Below are positions 58,551 through 64,000 of a stretch of DNA of 64,000 nt, one piece after another. The notes beneath the pieces are model-generated. The model worked only from the letters and a program-made list of their open reading frames with translations. It was not told where the DNA came from and did not search any database. A program made the position numbers and the translations under genes. Source of the DNA: Hormiphora californensis (taxonomy: Eukaryota; Animalia; Ctenophora); assembly GCA_020137815.1 (NCBI GenBank), contig CM035357.1:2418001-2482000 (forward strand). The letters are read 5' to 3'. Position 1 is the stretch's first letter. Each line of letters begins with the position of its first letter.

Positions 58551-59155
58551 TATATATATATGTATCATAATATGATATTTTATATTATAAACTAGTTTAA
58601 ATCATTTAGCAGGAGGCTTTTTAATACGTTTCTTTATATCACGGCGATTTGGAAATTTAGAAAGTGATCTTTAAATATGATAATTAAATGCTTTAACTAA
58701 ATGATCCGTGATCAGGCCTTTTTAAATTTTCAAAGGAACTTCGAGTATAATTATTATTCTGATACAAAGCATAATATAATATGCTTAGCATTTCTGGCCT
58801 TAACAATGGGACATTCCTTCTAATTCCTTCAATTCATTGTTGGTTAAGTTACATGGAAGGTATTGAAACACAGGGTATGATCAATACACTTTAGATCTAC
58901 ATTACATACGTTTTCTTCGTGTTGATGACTAATTGTTTTGTTGCGTTTCAAAAAGATAAAAGAGAAGTCTTAAGAGAAAGAGACGAAAGTTGTTGAGTGA
59001 ACCGGCTTTGAGGTTTCATTGTGTAGCCGACCACGTGGAATACTTTGTTTTGTTCATGTGTCTACTGATCTGCTATTTTATTTTACATATGTAATGAAAC
59101 CTTTATGAAAGAATTATCGCGGTACTGGCACGTTTTCGGCGTCATCTAAGTAATA

Positions 59156-60727
59156 CAGTCGGACCCCGATTTACCGGGCCCCGATTTACCGGAACCCCGA
59201 TTTACCGGGAGGATTTCTTTCCCCCGATTTTTTTTGGAAAATTTTCGAAGTTTGGCCGGTTGGTAAACTTGAATTTGCAATTCGCTAGGTCTAATGGGGA
59301 TCACGTATCGTTCCGCTTCGAACCGTCTAATTAGCGGCAGGACACGTGATAAGATGCACCGATTCGAAACACGATTCGAACGTGGCTGGTATACCTTAGA
59401 AAAATTTCATAACTTTTTTTTGCAAAATTTTACAGAATCATTGTCAATGCTTTGATCGATGCTCCCCGTAAATTTTCAGAGAAAAAGTTATTTTGAAATT
59501 TTGATACTTCCTCACCCCGCTTAGGGTGCCCAGATTCGGCATGGTATCACGTATCGGTTCGTTTCGAACCGTCTAATTAGCGGCAGGACATGCGATAAGA
59601 TGCACCGATTCGAAACACGATTCGGACTCGGTCGGGGTGGTTTACCTTAGAAAAAATTTTTACAATTTTTTTTGAATTTTTTATATTTTCTATTTCTAAT
59701 GACAGAAGCAATGATCATATATTGTCATCAATAAATGTATACTATACAGTTAGAGGTGTCTTGGTATAGAATTTTGGACAAAAGTAGGATTTATGGGTCA
59801 AATATGCTCTACCCCGATATACCGGGCACCCCGATTTACCGGGCAAAATGGCTGCCCCCGAGGATCCCGGTTAATCGGGGTCCGACTGTAGTACCACCAC
59901 ATGTGCAATCTATAATTGTTATATCGAGCATGATTGTTACAGAACCTTCTAGAATTCTGGTTTCTAGCTCACTGCATCATGCATATACAGTCGGACCCCG
60001 ATTTACCGGGATCCTCGGGGGAAGCCATTTTGCCCGGTAAATCGGGGTGCCCGGTATATCGGGGTAGAGCATATTTGACCCATAAATCTTACTTTTGTCC
60101 AAAATTCTATAGCAAGATACCTCTAACTGTACAGTATACATTTATTGATGACAATATGATCATTGCTTCTGTCATTAGGAATAGAAAATTTAAAAAATTC
60201 AAAAAAATTGTAAAATCTTTTTCTAAGGTAAACCACCCCGACCGAGTCCGAATCGTGTTTCGAATCGGTGCATCTTATCGCATGTCCTGCCGCTAATTAG
60301 AGTCTAATTAAGACGGTTCGAAACGAACCGATACGTGATACCATGCCGAATCTGGGCACCTTAAGCGGGGTGAGGAAGTATCAAAGTTTCAAAATAACTT
60401 TTTCTCTGAAAATTTACGGGGAGCATCGATCAAAGCATTGACTATGATTCTGTAAAATTTTGCAAAAAAAGTTATGAAATTTTTCTAAGATATACCAGCC
60501 ACGTTCGAATCGTGTTTCGAATCGGTGCATCTTATTACGTGTCCTGCCGCTAATTAGACGGTTCGAAACGGACCGATACGTGATACCCATTAGACCTAGC
60601 GAATTGCAAATGCAAGTTTACCAACCAGCCAAACTTCGAAAATTGTCCAAAAAAATCGGGGGAAAGAAACCCTCCCGGTAAATCGGGGTTCCGGTAAATC
60701 GGGGCCCGGTAAATCGGGGTCCGACTG
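59156..60727. mobile_element. Two ~735-bp CAGTCGGACC-family elements in inverted orientation (59156-59888, 59988-60727)
   Basis: Each has both TIRs and TA flanks; internal sequences are reverse complements; 99-bp spacer. Confidence 0.9.
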
Positions 60728-61130
60728 TAATGTAATATCGTGATTCATGTTTAATGGTATAGATCTTCATTTTACAAGACCTGAAATTTACAAGGCTTGT
60801 ATATGAAATTATCAGAAAGCAATATTATAAACAATAGGGGAGAGAAAGATACAGTATGTAGTGATCTACTCGAGAGAGAAACCAGATATGAAGAATAATA
60901 TTGTAATAACAATCTAGAGCTCGAGATATCAGATACTATCATAGGTATTACTTTTTTTTAATAACATATGGCTTGCCTGTTGTATAGACCACCACCGTCC
61001 ACCACCAACAGTTGCGAGCCCATATATTGAAACTAAACAATGGGGAAGCGAGGCCGAACAAGGCCGAAATATCAACAGAGATAGTAATCGTTGATTGAAC
61101 TAGCGAGGTCGGAGGGAGGTTAGAGAGAGA

Positions 61131-61183
<53 letters not shown>

Positions 61184-61325
61184 GAGAGAGAGAGAGAGAG
61201 CAGAGAGCGAGAGATCTAGATTATAGATCGCTCAGTGTAGTATTAGAGAGAGAGAGAGAGAGCTCTAGGTAGCTCGCTACGCTGACATCTATCTATCTCG
61301 CTCTCTCTCGCGCTCGCGAGAGCTA

Positions 61326-61365
<40 letters not shown>

Positions 61366-61569
61366 GCTCCTCCGATATCTCTAGAGAGAGAGAGGTTCAA
61401 AAATGATGCACTGATGCATTTGGATACGCTTCGATACTGAGTATTTATCAGTATCTAAATTTACAGTACATCGGAGTGCATCATTTTGAAAAAATGCAAA
61501 CTTAAAACGATTTTAGCGAAAAAGCTACCACTAAACGTGTCCCTGGACTATTTCTAGAGCTTCTGTTGA

Positions 61570-63088
61570 TATGTTCGCAAAAGGCAAGCTTCCCCTCGTC
61601 CGACCCGAAGTTGGAATCATATGGGTTTAGTTTGTCGAACCGGCAAGTTGCTAACATTTTCAAATCTTCACTACTTCTCAAATGATCCCATACTTTCAGT
61701 CTAATCCCAAAATCCTATTAAAAATAGAGACAAAAATAACGGCACCAAACTGTGAAATGCCCTTGCATTAGTGCGAGTAGAATAAAATCAATTTTCTATC
61801 TAAAGGCCGAGTTTATAGCAAGAAAGGACTATTTTACAACGAATTCTCTGGTTAGTATGGTAACCAACTCCGTTGTCATGGTAAATCAATCGAACTCTAT
61901 CGAGTTCTATCGCCAGCAACTGGATGAAAATTTATCCATTTCATTATGCACAATGCACAGGCTTTGGTTACGAAGTTACCCCTTGCCAGCGTGTGCACGC
62001 GAAGGTCGCCCGGCGACAGAGTGTGAGGTGTCTTCGATACCAAGCACAGGCTTGTGTAACAAAAAGGGGCGTTTTTATAGCTTATTGTTCATCATAACCT
62101 GAAATAAATAATTTTCATTACTTTCACAAAGGCTCAAAGTTTGAATATCAAATTTGCCAAAATTGTGCAGGGGCCACCCCAAAATTAATCTCTAAGTAAT
62201 TATTTAATTAATTTTGACTATTCCCACTTTCTGTAGATTATATTATATGTTTTATGCATGAAGAACATTCCTAGAAAGTTTCAAGTCGATATTTTAAGCA
62301 GAACGGAAAATATAATTTAGTGCATGGGCAAACAAAATGGTGCAAGGGCACATGTTCAGGGGAAATTTGCACAAATTGTGCAAGGGCAAATTTTAATTAA
62401 TTTGCCTATAATTAATTACCTAATTGATATATTAATCATACGGCTCTTCTAGTACTCGTAGTTATGCTACTAGAACATGCATAGAAAGTTTCGTGTCAAA
62501 ATATTAAACGGTGTGGACACAGTTCGATCATAAAATTGGTGCAAGGGCTGCCCTTGCACCATTTGCCCTTGCACATTGCCTGCCCTTGCACCAAATTCCA
62601 TTTTTTGCACGGCTCTAACTAACTAATTAATTAATTTTGACTATTCCCACTTTTCGAACATCATCTTTTATGATTGAAGAACATTCCTACAAAGTTTCAA
62701 GTTGATATTTTAAGCAGAACGGAAAATAGAATTTGGTGCAAGGGCGCGGTGCAAGGGACAGAACACGCAATGTGCAAGGGCACGGTGCCCTTGCACCATT
62801 TTTAATTACCTATAATTAATTAATTAATTAAAAATTCAAAAATCCGCCAACGTCATGACACAAAGGAATACTACAAGAACATGCCTACAAAATTTCAAGT
62901 CGATATCTCAAACGGTGTGGCCACAATCGTTGACATGTTTTTTGCCCCCCCCCCCCAAAAAAAAGACCTTTCTTTGTTCTTAATAGGGCCGGCATTTTTG
63001 GGTTTTTGTGCAAGGGCAAAAAATTTTTTTTCTTTTTTTCGTTTTTTGCTGTTTTCTTCGGGTCGGAGGTGCCTGCCGGCACCTAAAT
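61570..63088 (-). mobile_element. Second Helentron/HINE-like copy
   Basis: Shares both termini and subrepeats with 44289-45627; CCGACCCGAAG occurs inverted near both ends (~61600, ~63056). Confidence 0.55.
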
Positions 63089-63189
63089 TTTCAAAAAATT
63101 TTGGCTGATCAATGTGCATCATGATGCATCATTTCCTTTTTCAGTGCATCAGTATTAAATACTCAAATACTCATGTTTCCGTCACTGGG

Positions 63190-63235
<46 letters not shown>

Positions 63236-63377
63236 GAGACAGAGAGAGAATCTTAAACAACAGTGATTGGATGCTTGATTGGAAATTTAAAGCATTCTGA
63301 AGAACGCTGTATCTTTTAGTAGTACAGATCCATCATGATATAGTGCAAGGTCTATTCTAGTATTCTAGTATTCTATT

Positions 63378-63571
63378 CCAGTCATTAGATACAGCTCCTA
63401 AGCAAATGTTATCACCAATTAGGGAATGAATATTATAGGAGTGCAGATCCATGAAACTGATCCATGCAACATTCGTGCAACTGCAAGCATTCAAACTTTG
63501 CCATCGGCAGAGATTCATTCCCTAATTGGTGATAACAGGACATTTGCTTAGGAGCTGTATCTAATGACTGG
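63378..63571. mobile_element. Small palindromic MITE
   Basis: CCAGTCATTAGATACAGCTCCTAAGCAAATG / CATTTGCTTAGGAGCTGTATCTAATGACTGG. Confidence 0.75.
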
Positions 63572-64000
63572 ACTAGCAAAAGAGACATCAAGGAGAAAGA
63601 GCTATATATAGAGAACGAGAGACCCTATAGGTATACCGACATTTAGTTCGACGTCCACATACGGATACGAATATATATTGATAATTGTCCGACTGATAAA
63701 CACATTGGATTCGTCAATCCCAGAATAAAACTATTGACTTAACGATAAACTCGACTCGTAAGATCATTAAGCGGTTGCTTTCATTAACGATGAGTTACTG
63801 ATCGTTTAACGGTCCTGTCGATCACTAAATGATGGCAGCTCACCGAAGAATGCTTATACTGAATGATCGTTCAGTATTCAAAGCATTTTTCCTCTAATGT
63901 TTCCATTTCTTGTTCGTTGGATAATGCTTCCTTGTTGTTTTTGTTTCGAATATAATATTTTTGATTTCACTGCTCAAAGGTTGCCATTCCCAACCACCCA

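Overview
Eukaryotic (animal) genomic DNA with short GT-AG introns, long (GA)n/(TTGGT)n microsatellites and very dense palindromic/MITE repeats. The repeat set resembles what I recall from ctenophore (Pleurobrachia-like) sequence, but that is an unverified inference. Left third: five closely spaced minus-strand genes: DNAJC17, a gene with two PARP-type zinc fingers plus a DEK-C domain, and three C2H2 zinc-finger genes. Four of the five have an apparently unpaired AG acceptor 2-7 nt before the ATG, suggesting SL trans-splicing or operon-like organisation. Middle: a multi-exon alpha2delta (CACNA2D-like) gene whose introns hold a Penelope-like retroelement with a minimal hammerhead ribozyme and a 9-bp-TSD foldback element carrying a duplicated exon-like fragment; then an intronless CYP46-like P450 lacking the I-helix AGx(E/D)T motif. 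Right third: three 3' exons of an ankyrin gene, many foldback elements, and a ~1.3-kb duplication whose copies carry reciprocal insertions: an ORF1-only retroposon (TSD, stem-loop, ATT tail) in one, and a hairpin plus tRNA-like unit with a 13-bp TSD in the other. About 10.4-13.3 kb looks like low-quality assembly, and 1-nt indels occur in nearby exons. Exon boundaries were read by hand and need RNA confirmation.
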